DNA from: Bacteroidia bacterium
GTDB lineage: Bacteria > Bacteroidota > Bacteroidia > Bacteroidales > VadinHA17
Reading direction: 5' to 3'
NCBI GenBank assembly: GCA_026391475.1
Contig: JAPLED010000129.1
Location: forward strand, 27,301 to 91,300
DNA: 64,000 nt
The notes beneath the pieces are model-generated. The model searched no databases. It was not told the DNA's origin and saw only the letters and a program-made list of their open reading frames with translations. Positions 1 to 9,190 of this stretch are shown here, in pieces; the first letter of the stretch is position 1; every line of letters starts with the position of its first letter. The translations under genes were made by a program, and so were the position numbers.

Positions 1-2386
1 TATTGCTCTTGAACTGTTCTACACTTAATGCTTCATATGCCCAGCGGGTTACCATAATATCTCCAACAACCGGTACATAAATTTTCTTACTGATTGATTT
101 ATGAAGGTCATCAAATTTTATCATTGCACCCCCAAGCAGAAGCTGGGGCACAAGGATCAGTGGAATAAGGATATATATACTGACAGCCGTTCGCATACCG
201 GCAGAAATATTCAATCCCAGAAGGTTTCCGAAACAGGCTGTTGAGAAAAGGATTATCCATTGCTGGAAAAGCATACCCCTTGCTTCGAGAATTAAGTTAG
301 CAACCAGGATAAATGACAATGATTGGATTGCGGATAAGGCAAACAGGAAATTGATCTTTGAAAGGAGATAGCTTAGTCTGCTTAAATTCAGAAATTTCTC
401 TCTTTCAAGAATTTTTCTGTCTCTGAAAATCTCCTCGGCACTCACCGTCAGTCCGATAAAAAGTGCAACTATAACTGCCATGAAGAGGAATACCGGATAA
501 TTCTTGTTATTTGCAAAGTTGTATACTCCGTTCTCGCTGAATTTTGAGATATACCCGAGTATGAATGCCAGCAGTGGGGCCTCAAGAAGATTAATGGTCA
601 TATATTGCCGGTCGGCCAGCTTTCGGATAAGGTTGCGTTTAATGAATGTTCTGATCTGATCTACCTTTTTAGGAACTCTGAAGTTACTGGGAGGAATAAC
701 TGTTTTTGAGGGCTTGTCCCCAAGAACAGGCATCATCTTCTTCTTATATTTTTCGTACCACTCCTTTGGGCTGATCTGCCTCTCTTTTCCTGGATAACCT
801 GAATTATCAATAACCTTAACCTCAATAATATGCAGGATGTCATCCGTTTCAACATTTCCACAGTTCGGGCATTCACTCTCGGCAGCATTTGCCTGGGATG
901 TTTCAGTTTTGAAATAAACCAGGGCTTCAACAGGATCGCCATCGTAAATCATATAGCCACCCTTATCGAGCAGCCATAACCTGTCGAACATCTTGATAAT
1001 ATCTGAAGAGGGTTGATGAATTATTGCAAAAACCAGTTTCCCGCTTAAAGCCTGATTTCTCAGCAAAATCATTACCTTTTCTGAATCGAAAGAGGATAAT
1101 CCGGATGTTGGCTCATCAATAAATAAGACCACAGGCTCGCGCATAAGTTCAAGACCAATGTTAAGCCGCTTCCGTTGACCACCGCTGACCTTCTTATTCA
1201 TCATATCTCCAACCTGCAGATCTTTTATTTCATAGAGGTCAAGATCCTGGAGAACTTTTTCAACGGTGTTTTTTAACTGCCCTTCATCATAATCACCAAA
1301 ACATAACCTGGCATTAAAATAAAGATTCTGATAAACTGTAAGTTCCTCTATAAGCATATCATCCTGAGGGACAAATCCTATAAGGCCTTTCAGCTCTTCC
1401 GAATCGGAATTAATGTCATAACCATTTATGTATAGGTTCCCGGTTGTAGGCTTAATCTTGCCATGGAGCAAATTAAGCATTGTGGTTTTTCCGACGCCGC
1501 TGCCTCCCATTATGCCGATCAGGTTGCCCGATTCAACCCTGAAATTCATTTTCTGAAGTCCATTATCGGAGTTCTTGAAAAGGAATTCAATATTATGTCC
1601 CTCAAAGAATATCTTTTCAGGAAATTTCCTTGAAACAAATTTTTTGTAAATTTTCGAATAGTAGATCGGATCAATACCCTGACCCTTTATATTAACGCCA
1701 CGGTCAAGGAGATAAGATCTGCATGCTATAATATCTCTTCCTTTAAAATACAAAACCTGTTGACCGTCGTAAGTAAAAAGAAGTGTTCCGGTACTTTCAA
1801 TATGCATTACAACAAGATGGCCTTTAAAACCTTTTATTCTGATATGCCGCCACTTGTCATAATTTTTATAAATATCGGCTCCGGATAATTCAGGGTTGTC
1901 ACTTTCAATTATGAGAATACATTCGGGTGATACATCATCATATGCTCTGTTTATCATGAAGGCAGTGGCATCATCATATTCCTTTTTAGAAATATTAAAT
2001 GTCCTCGAAACAATGTCTATAATTGTTTTCTCCTGTTCGGAAATCATTCCATCTTCAAATGCAAACTCAATAAGCTGAAGAAAAACGATCATTCTCTCTT
2101 CAAGGAATAACCCTTTTTTGATTTGCCGGCAGATATTTGTTATCTGAAATGATATAAGAGAATCGTCATCTGACAGTTCAGCTTTATCAACACTTTTAAG
2201 TTCATTGGAATAAAACTCAAGATTATTTTCGAACAGGGCATAATACTCTTCCTCCAACTCCCTATTAAGATATCTCCGGAGGTAACTGCGCAGAATTTTT
2301 TTGCCTCTCGATGAAATTCCAGCCGGATTAATGGTCGAAACGATGGCAAAAATGTGAATTAAGGCAAGTAATACAGATTCCCTCAT
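1..2386 (-). CDS. ABC transporter, fused ATP-binding and ABC-2/ABCG-like permease, with an N-terminal extension of about 300 aa. The 3' end runs off the window, so it is absent from the ORF track.
   Basis: I translated the minus strand by hand from the ATG at 2386 and found it open to position 1. It carries Walker A GGSGVGKTT (around 1490), the ABC signature VSGGQRKR and Walker B LFIDEPTSGL, followed by hydrophobic ABC-2 type segments. Confidence 0.8.
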   Translation of the reverse strand, partial: MRESVLLALIHIFAIVSTINPAGISSRGKKILRSYLRRYLNRELEEEYYALFENNLEFYSNELKSVDKAELSDDDSLISFQITNICRQIKKGLFLEERMIVFLQLIEFAFEDGMISEQEKTIIDIVSRTFNISKKEYDDATAFMINRAYDDVSPECILIIESDNPELSGADIYKNYDKWRHIRIKGFKGHLVVMHIESTGTLLFTYDGQQVLYFKGRDIIACRSYLLDRGVNIKGQGIDPIYYSKIYKKFVSRKFPEKIFFEGHNIEFLFKNSDNGLQKMNFRVESGNLIGIMGGSGVGKTTMLNLLHGKIKPTTGNLYINGYDINSDSEELKGLIGFVPQDDMLIEELTVYQNLYFNARLCFGDYDEGQLKNTVEKVLQDLDLYEIKDLQVGDMMNKKVSGGQRKRLNIGLELMREPVVLFIDEPTSGLSSFDSEKVMILLRNQALSGKLVFAIIHQPSSDIIKMFDRLWLLDKGGYMIYDGDPVEALVYFKTETSQANAAESECPNCGNVETDDILHIIEVKVIDNSGYPGKERQISPKEWYEKYKKKMMPVLGDKPSKTVIPPSNFRVPKKVDQIRTFIKRNLIRKLADRQYMTINLLEAPLLAFILGYISKFSENGVYNFANNKNYPVFLFMAVIVALFIGLTVSAEEIFRDRKILEREKFLNLSRLSYLLSKINFLFALSAIQSLSFILVANLILEARGMLFQQWIILFSTACFGNLLGLNISAGMRTAVSIYILIPLILVPQLLLGGAMIKFDDLHKSISKKIYVPVVGDIMVTRWAYEALSVEQFKSN

Positions 2387-2451
2387 AAAGGTATCAAGTA
2401 AAAAAAAGACCGCAAAGTTAAATGCTTTGCGGCCAGGTATTCATGAAATAA

Positions 2452-3273
2452 CTATTGTACAATTTGGTTTCTTACACCATCAATGACTTTGGTTATATCC
2501 TTAATATTCTGATCAGTAAGACTCGTGCCAATTCCTTCATATACTCTCTTAACAGGATCAAGTAACTTTACGAAATCACTTATACTTGGATCATTGGCAT
2601 AAGGCTGGGTTATTTTGAGGAAAAGCTCAAATGATTTTTTCTGCTCAAGCAGTACCCTCGAGATACCTGCAACCTGGTATGCTGCTTCCGAAACATGTGT
2701 TGTCAGAAACATGCCTTCAACCCATGCACCACCAACAACAAGCAGAGCTAAAGGTTGCTGATCGTTTTCACTCAGGTATGAATAAGTATCATTGAATGCT
2801 CCTGTTAGTATTTTCACCAGTACATCCCTGTTATCAAAATTCACTTTAATTTTCTCATATAACTCTTCATTGTATATTTTAGACATATTGAGTTCGTTGG
2901 AAAGTGACCTGATTGCATCCAAATAATTAATTACTTCCTGCTGTATATTATAGAGTGTTGCATAACTCAGATCGGCTCCATAAACACCAAGATTGATCGC
3001 CCTTGTTGTGCTGCTGAAATATTTTTGTGTGTTTTCTTTCGGGTTTGTTATACCTATCATATATCCAACTTCAAGGTCAGTAAGCATCTTAATGACCTCT
3101 GCTGATGTAGGCAATGGATAAACATTTTTTTCAATCTGTTTCTCAATTGTATCCACCTGCATCTTCTCAATCTTTACCTCCTGTTTTTTGGTTGCACAGG
3201 ATTTGCATGAAGTCAAATAACTAAAACTTATTATCAGCGTTGAAAGTACAACACCTGCAATAATCTTTTTCAT
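2452..3273 (-). CDS. Hypothetical lipoprotein
   Basis: 273-aa ORF with a signal peptide and lipobox (LISFSYLTSC). I recognised no catalytic motif. Confidence 0.6.
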   Translation of the reverse strand: MKKIIAGVVLSTLIISFSYLTSCKSCATKKQEVKIEKMQVDTIEKQIEKNVYPLPTSAEVIKMLTDLEVGYMIGITNPKENTQKYFSSTTRAINLGVYGADLSYATLYNIQQEVINYLDAIRSLSNELNMSKIYNEELYEKIKVNFDNRDVLVKILTGAFNDTYSYLSENDQQPLALLVVGGAWVEGMFLTTHVSEAAYQVAGISRVLLEQKKSFELFLKITQPYANDPSISDFVKLLDPVKRVYEGIGTSLTDQNIKDITKVIDGVRNQIVQ

Positions 3274-3608
3274 TTTAAATCAGTTTAAATTTTTAAATAC
3301 CACTCAAAAACTGCCCATAAAAGTAATAAATAATATTGAAACTAATGAGTGCCTAGAGTCTGGAGTGCTTAAAATGCCTAAAATATTTATAAATAAATAC
3401 TAATTCCCTCCCGTACCGATTTTTTCACGATTAAAAAGAAGCTCTTGATTTAATCTGATGAAATTTGTTATTTTTCATTCTTTTAATTTCCACTTTAGGC
3501 ACTCAGAACTTTAGTGCACTTTAAGTACTAATTAGTTACCTTAAGATTATAACGCTAACATCTGATTTTTTATATATCTTTAAGCCCCTGAATTTATATC
3601 ACTTTTTG

Positions 3609-4784
3609 ATGATGTGGAATTTCGATGAACCTGCTAATAGAGAGGGGACAAACTGTATAAAGTATGATCTCAGGGAAAAGACATTCGGTGATAAAGATGT
3701 TATCCCGATGTGGGTTGCTGATATGGATTTTAACACCCCTGATTTTGTTGTAAAGTCACTTCAGGACCGTCTTAACCATGAGATTTATGGTTATTCTTTC
3801 CATCCTCCTGAATACTATTTGTCAATAATCGACTGGCTTGTTTGCAGACATAACTGGAAGGTTGAAAAGGAGTGGATCAGCTTTTGTCCAGGTATCGTTC
3901 CGGCACTCAACTTTTGCACTTTGGCATTCACTCAGCCTGGTGATAATATAATTGTTCAACCCCCTGTTTATTTTCCTTTCTTTTCCGCAGCCGAATCCCA
4001 TGGCCGTAAGCTTATCTATAACAGGCTGACAGAGTCTGACGGGAAATGGGTTATGGATTATGATTCACTGATTGCGGGAATTGACGGGAAAACAAAAATG
4101 ATAATAATATCCAATCCGCACAATCCGATCGGACGGGTATGGACCCCGGATGAATTAAACAAACTTGCAGACATCTGCCTGAAAAATAATATTTTGATCC
4201 TCTCCGACGAAATACATTGTGACCTTGTTCTGCCCGGATTCAATCATACTCCCTTTGCAAAACTTTCCGAAAAAATTGCCGAAAATACTATTACCTGCAT
4301 CGCTCCAAGCAAAACATTCAACCTTGCAGGTCTATCAACTTCATCTGTAATTATTTCAAATCCTGTTTTAAGAAAATCTTTTAACAGAATAGTTGAAAAC
4401 CTGCATATCGGATCCGGTAACATCTTTGGTACAACCGCCTCAATAGCAGCATATTCACATGGACATAAATGGCTAGATGCGTTACTTGATTATATTGACC
4501 ATAATATTGAATTTGTTGAAGATTATTGCAGGAAGATGATTCCTGAAATTATTCCTGTTCAACCTGAAGCAACCTATATGATATGGCTCGATTGTCGTAA
4601 ATTTGGTATGACAGGAAAAGAGCTTCAGAATTTTTTTGTAAAAAAAGCAGGTGTGGGAATGAACGAGGGCTCAACTTTTGGCCCCGGAGGAGAGGGATTT
4701 ATGAGAATGAATCTGGCCACTACACACCAAACAGTCATGAAGGCTATGGAACAGATTGAAAAGGCTGTTTCCTCCTTCAGATAA
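3609..4784 (+). CDS. PatB/MalY-family PLP-dependent aminotransferase (cystathionine beta-lyase-like)
   Basis: N-terminal NCIKYD...MWVADMDF, and SKTFNLAGL carrying the PLP lysine. The ORF-track start at 3606 is TTG; ATG at 3609 is more likely. Confidence 0.85.
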   Translation: MMWNFDEPANREGTNCIKYDLREKTFGDKDVIPMWVADMDFNTPDFVVKSLQDRLNHEIYGYSFHPPEYYLSIIDWLVCRHNWKVEKEWISFCPGIVPALNFCTLAFTQPGDNIIVQPPVYFPFFSAAESHGRKLIYNRLTESDGKWVMDYDSLIAGIDGKTKMIIISNPHNPIGRVWTPDELNKLADICLKNNILILSDEIHCDLVLPGFNHTPFAKLSEKIAENTITCIAPSKTFNLAGLSTSSVIISNPVLRKSFNRIVENLHIGSGNIFGTTASIAAYSHGHKWLDALLDYIDHNIEFVEDYCRKMIPEIIPVQPEATYMIWLDCRKFGMTGKELQNFFVKKAGVGMNEGSTFGPGGEGFMRMNLATTHQTVMKAMEQIEKAVSSFR

Positions 4785-4802
4785 AAAGAAATATCTTAAT
4801 AG

Positions 4803-5885
4803 ATGAAAAACAGTATACATGTAAGGTTAACCCTTGAAGACGGAACGATCTATCATGGCCGGTCCTTCGGATCGCCCACCCCCGCTGCGGGAGAGGTGGT
4901 TTTTAATACTGCTATGACAGGATATCCAGAGAGTTTGACCGATCCATCCTATCGCGGACAGATACTTTGTCTCACCTATCCTCTGGTCGGAAACTATGGA
5001 GCACCAGGAAAAAGCGAAGAAAATGATCTTTATCGCTTTTATGAGTCGTCGTCTATTCACATCTCCGGGCTCATTGTGTCTGATTATTCCTTTGAGTATA
5101 GCCACTGGAATGCAACAGAGAGCCTCGATGAATGGTTGAAAAGAAATAATGTGCCGGGTATTTACGGGATAGATACAAGAGCTTTGACAAAAAGAATCCG
5201 TGAGAAAGGAGCTATGCTTGGCAAGGTTGAACCCGAAGGAACAGAAATCGGTTTTTATGACCCGAACAAAGTAAATCTTGTTGCTGAAGTAAGCACACAT
5301 GAAAAGAAAGTTTATGGCTCAGGAAAGTACAAGATACTACTCGTTGACTGTGGTGTTAAGTATAACATAATCAGAAATCTTCTTAAAAGGGATACTACAA
5401 TTATAAGGATACCATGGGACTATGATTTTCACAAAGAAGAATTTGACGGACTATTTCTTTCCAATGGCCCGGGTGATCCAAAAATGTGTGTCACCACTAT
5501 TGAAAACATTAAAAAAGCATTTTCCGGTGAAAAACCGGTATTCGGGATATGCCTGGGAAACCAGTTGATGGCGCTTGCTTCCGGAGCAGATACCTATAAA
5601 CTGAAATATGGCCACAGAAGCCACAATCAGCCGGTTCTTCAGGTAGGCACCGATAAAGCATATATTACATCGCAGAATCACGGATTTGCTGTCGATAACA
5701 AAACTTTAGGGAAAGACTGGGAATCACTCTTCATCAATATCAACGACCAGACAAATGAGGGAATGAAACATAAAACCCTGCCGTTTTTCTCTACTCAATT
5801 TCACCCCGAAGCGTCCGGCGGACCGACTGATACTGACTACCTGTTCGATGTTTTTATAGAAAATATAGAGAAATCAATGAAGTAG
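4803..5885 (+). CDS. carA: Carbamoyl-phosphate synthase small (glutamine amidotransferase) subunit
   Basis: 360 aa with the GICLGNQL catalytic Cys motif, the HRSHNQPV and FSTQFHPE triad region, and a typical CarA N-domain. Confidence 0.95.
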   Translation: MKNSIHVRLTLEDGTIYHGRSFGSPTPAAGEVVFNTAMTGYPESLTDPSYRGQILCLTYPLVGNYGAPGKSEENDLYRFYESSSIHISGLIVSDYSFEYSHWNATESLDEWLKRNNVPGIYGIDTRALTKRIREKGAMLGKVEPEGTEIGFYDPNKVNLVAEVSTHEKKVYGSGKYKILLVDCGVKYNIIRNLLKRDTTIIRIPWDYDFHKEEFDGLFLSNGPGDPKMCVTTIENIKKAFSGEKPVFGICLGNQLMALASGADTYKLKYGHRSHNQPVLQVGTDKAYITSQNHGFAVDNKTLGKDWESLFININDQTNEGMKHKTLPFFSTQFHPEASGGPTDTDYLFDVFIENIEKSMK

Positions 5886-5908
5886 GGACACGCCATGGTG
5901 TGTCCCTA
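5883..5908. terminator. Bidirectional hairpin between the convergent carA and argH genes
   Basis: TAGGGACAC pairs perfectly with GTGTCCCTA (9 bp) in the 37-bp gap between the two stop codons. Confidence 0.5.
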
Positions 5909-5922
5909 CTTCATTGATTTCT

Positions 5923-7266
5923 CTACCGGGTTACATGATGCATCATCTTATCTGCCAGTTCTGAAGCCGTTGTGTTTTTGAACCACTTCATCCTGTTTTC
6001 GAAAATTTCAGCGATCTCTTTGTTACACAGATTTCCGATACTGCCTTCATGAACATAATCAGATAATGAAGTCTTTGAGAATGAGGAATTTTTAACCATT
6101 TCAGATACTGCTTTATATGCGTCTCTGAACGGGATGCCCTGCTTCACCAGCCGGTTCACCTCCTCTGTACTGAATATAGTATTGTACAAAGGATTCTCCG
6201 TTATATTTTTCTTGATCTTTATATTATTGAGCATTAAAAGCATTATCTCAATAGACTCCCTCAATTCTCCGAACGCATCAAATATCAGCTGTTTAAGCAG
6301 CTGAAGATCTCTGTTGTATCCTGAAGGGAGGTTACTGGTTAGGATTGCTACCTGGTTAGGCAGAGTTTGAATTATATTTGCACGGGCCCTGATAAGTTCG
6401 AACACATCAGGATTTCTTTTCTGGGGCATTATACTTGAACCGGTAACATATTCATCAGGAAAATCGATGAACCTGAATTCGGAACTCATATAAAGACAGA
6501 TATCCATTGAGAAACGTGAAAGGGTCTGAGCAACAGAAGCCAGTGCGGATGCAATGGCCATCTCAATCTTTCCCCTGCTCAGGCTTGCATAGGCTGAGTT
6601 GTAGAGAAGATCATCAAATTCGAGAAGATCTGATGTCAGTTTCCTGTTTATAGGTAAGGTAGTTCCGTATCCTGCCGCAGTTCCCAGTGGATTCTGATTA
6701 TTGAGGGCTCTTGCCCCGGAAAGCAGCAGGACATCATCGGCCAGACATTCGGCATATGCTCCAAACCATAAACCAAATGACGAAACCATAGCCGGTTGCA
6801 TATGGGTATATCCCGGTAATAAAACCTCTTTATACTGCTCGCTCAATGACTGCAGCCTGGTAAAAAGCCTGCGGATCAGAATAGAGAGCTTATCGATCTC
6901 TTCCCTTGTATAGAGACGTATATCTACCAAAACCTGGTCGTTTCGTGACCGTCCTGTATGAATTTTCTTACCGGTTGTTCCAAGGATTGAGGACATCTCC
7001 TTTTCAATCTGAGAGTGGATGTCCTCCACATCTTTTTCAATTACCAGGCTCCCCTCCTCGTCCCATACAAAAAGAGAATGAAGAGCTTTTAACAAGCTAT
7101 TTTTCTCTTCTTCTGAAATTAATCCTACATCATCAAGCATTATTACATGAGCCATTGAACCAATTATGTCCCATTTTGTGAGGGCTAAATCGGTTTTTCT
7201 GTCTTTACCTGCAGTGAATTCGATGATTGCAGGCTCGGGATTTATCCCTTTTTCCCAGAGTTTCAT
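5923..7266 (-). CDS. argH: Argininosuccinate lyase
   Basis: 447 aa with the fumarate-lyase signature GSSIMPQKRNPD and TGRSRNDQV. Confidence 0.95.
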   Translation of the reverse strand: MKLWEKGINPEPAIIEFTAGKDRKTDLALTKWDIIGSMAHVIMLDDVGLISEEEKNSLLKALHSLFVWDEEGSLVIEKDVEDIHSQIEKEMSSILGTTGKKIHTGRSRNDQVLVDIRLYTREEIDKLSILIRRLFTRLQSLSEQYKEVLLPGYTHMQPAMVSSFGLWFGAYAECLADDVLLLSGARALNNQNPLGTAAGYGTTLPINRKLTSDLLEFDDLLYNSAYASLSRGKIEMAIASALASVAQTLSRFSMDICLYMSSEFRFIDFPDEYVTGSSIMPQKRNPDVFELIRARANIIQTLPNQVAILTSNLPSGYNRDLQLLKQLIFDAFGELRESIEIMLLMLNNIKIKKNITENPLYNTIFSTEEVNRLVKQGIPFRDAYKAVSEMVKNSSFSKTSLSDYVHEGSIGNLCNKEIAEIFENRMKWFKNTTASELADKMMHHVTR

Positions 7267-7299
7267 ATTAATTTTTATAAATTAATTAAGTATTTGTTA

Positions 7300-8535
7300 T
7301 TAATATTTTTTCTGACTTGCTTCAACTATAGCCCGGTGAGCCATCAGCCTTATTGCATTTATCCTTATAAAGCCCTTGCTGTCAGTCTGATCAAAGCCAC
7401 CCTCAATATCCATGCTCGATAGTTTCTTATTATACAGCGAGGAAGGCGATTCACGACCTTCAATAATTACATTCCCTTTGTAAAGGCATAGATGTACGCT
7501 GCCATCAATAAGCTCCTGGCTCTTTTCAATAGCAGCCATCAGAAAATCCATTTCAGGACTGAACCAGAAACCATTATAAATAATTTCCGCAAATTTCGGA
7601 GTGAGCATGTTTACGAGTCTCATTACCTCCCTGTCCATTGCTATTCCCTCAATATCTTTGTGGGCAATATGCAAAACTGTGGCAGCAGGAGTCTCATACA
7701 CACCTCTCGATTTTATCCCGACGAACCTGTTCTCTACCATATCGAGGAGACCAATTCCGTTTTTACCTGCAATCTCATTCAGATATACATACATTTCATA
7801 AGAGTCCTCTTTTATGGTTCCATCTTCCTTGTTGACAAGCTTGACAGGGATCCCGTTTTTGAAATGAATAACTATTCGTGTATCCTTGTCGGGTGCATCC
7901 TGTGGCATAACCATCTTTTCCAGCATGCTCTTATGTAGTGTGTACATAGGATCTTCCAGAATTCCGGCCTCATGACTGATATGCATCAGGTTATCATCTT
8001 CACTGTAAGGCTTATCGATACTTGCCTTGACAGGAATCTTTTTCTCAGAAGCATATTTAAGAAGATCAGTCCTTCCTTTAAATGTCGCAAGGAACTCTTT
8101 GTCTTTCCAGGGTGAAATAACTTTAACACCGGGCATCAGGGCATAGTAACAGAGTTCAAATCTTACCTGGTCGTTGCCCTTTCCAGTTGCACCATGTGCT
8201 ACCGCATTGGCGCCCTCTTCTTTTGCAACCTCAATCTGCTTTTTTGCAATAAGAGGCCTGGCAAGCGCTGTGCCGAGCAGGTACCTATCCTCATAGATGG
8301 CGTTTGCCATTATAGCTTTAAGAACATATTTATCAACAAATTCCCTTTTCAGGTCAGCTATAATTACTTTGGATGCACCGAGTAACAATGCCTTTTTCCT
8401 GCACTCTTCAAAATCATCGGACTGCCCTACATCGGCTACAAAAGCAATAACATCATAATTCTTTTCAATTAACCATTTAAGTATTACCGAAGTATCCAAA
8501 CCACCACTGTATGCGAGAACAACTTTTTCTTTCAT
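7300..8535 (-). CDS. argG: Argininosuccinate synthase
   Basis: 411 aa with the N-terminal [12 protein letters not shown]-binding motif and [13 protein letters not shown]. Confidence 0.95.
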   Translation of the reverse strand: MKEKVVLAYSGGLDTSVILKWLIEKNYDVIAFVADVGQSDDFEECRKKALLLGASKVIIADLKREFVDKYVLKAIMANAIYEDRYLLGTALARPLIAKKQIEVAKEEGANAVAHGATGKGNDQVRFELCYYALMPGVKVISPWKDKEFLATFKGRTDLLKYASEKKIPVKASIDKPYSEDDNLMHISHEAGILEDPMYTLHKSMLEKMVMPQDAPDKDTRIVIHFKNGIPVKLVNKEDGTIKEDSYEMYVYLNEIAGKNGIGLLDMVENRFVGIKSRGVYETPAATVLHIAHKDIEGIAMDREVMRLVNMLTPKFAEIIYNGFWFSPEMDFLMAAIEKSQELIDGSVHLCLYKGNVIIEGRESPSSLYNKKLSSMDIEGGFDQTDSKGFIRINAIRLMAHRAIVEASQKKY

Positions 8536-8616
8536 TATTTTTTATTATTTGATGTTAGTATTGAATTATTAAGCTTTTAAAAAATGTACCTGTTTTTGTA
8601 TATTTAATCGCAAAAA

Positions 8617-9096
8617 TCATTTCTTCTTAATCTGATCGTGTATACCGGGAAGAATAATTTCGAGACAGGTATGTACCTGCTGGAGGGTTATTCCATCTCT
8701 GGGGATAAGAAGGATTGTATCATCACCGGCAATGGTACCGGCTATTTCATATCTCCCGGCACCGTCGATAAAAAAGGCAGTGTTACTTGCATTTCCGGGG
8801 ATAGTCTTAATTACCATAAGTCCTTTTGCTTCAACTATATCCTGAATTACCGGAACAATATTCAATTTCACCGGCGAATTAGCCGTACTCCTGATATTTT
8901 CTGACAAAGAATACTTATATTCTCCGGTACTGTCGGGTATCCTCGCAACCCCAAGCTGCCTTAAATTACGGGATAGTGTAGCCTGTGTACAGCTTATCCC
9001 TTTCCCTTTCAATCTTTTAAGTAACTCGTCCTGTGTTGATATATGTGCTTCTTCAATAATTTTCTCTATTGCAAGAAGTCTTTTTGTTTTTTGCAT
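8617..9096 (-). CDS. argR: Arginine repressor
   Basis: Winged-helix N-terminus (ISTQDELLKRLKGKGISCTQATLSRNLRQLGV) and a C-terminal GTIAGDDTILL arginine-binding motif. Start chosen at the internal ATG (MQKTKRLL); the ORF track extends to 9117. Confidence 0.85.
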   Translation of the reverse strand: MQKTKRLLAIEKIIEEAHISTQDELLKRLKGKGISCTQATLSRNLRQLGVARIPDSTGEYKYSLSENIRSTANSPVKLNIVPVIQDIVEAKGLMVIKTIPGNASNTAFFIDGAGRYEIAGTIAGDDTILLIPRDGITLQQVHTCLEIILPGIHDQIKKK

Positions 9097-9128
9097 ATTT
9101 ATACATTTATTTTGCAAATATATTCATT
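9090..9128. promoter_or_regulatory. Candidate tandem ARG boxes (ArgR operator) in the divergent argR/carB control region
   Basis: Two 18-mers, TTTGCATATTTATACATT (9090-9107) and TTTGCAAATATATTCATT (9111-9128). Each matches wnTGAATwwwwATTCAnw at about 16/18 positions, and they are separated by exactly 3 bp as in the E. coli arrangement. Confidence 0.45.
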
Positions 9129-9165
9129 TTTTCACAATTTCAAATCCTGATTAAAAAAATTGTGT

Positions 9166-9173
9166 TATTTTTG
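9166..9173 (+). promoter_or_regulatory. Bacteroidota-type -7 promoter box (TAnnTTTG) upstream of carB
   Basis: TATTTTTG lies 18 nt before the carB ATG. Confidence 0.4.
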
Positions 9174-9190
9174 AACCTCAAATCCGGACA

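Noticed and set aside
3491-3536. AGGCAC-containing motifs as sigma-54 -24 elements, also at 63747-63768.
   Set aside because: The GG-to-GC spacing does not fit TGGCAC-N5-TTGC, and no TTGC-like -12 element is correctly placed.
8560-8612. Additional ARG boxes upstream of argG.
   Set aside because: I found only single, weaker matches (about 15/18) without the paired 3-bp-spaced geometry. I mention them in the findings but do not annotate them as features.
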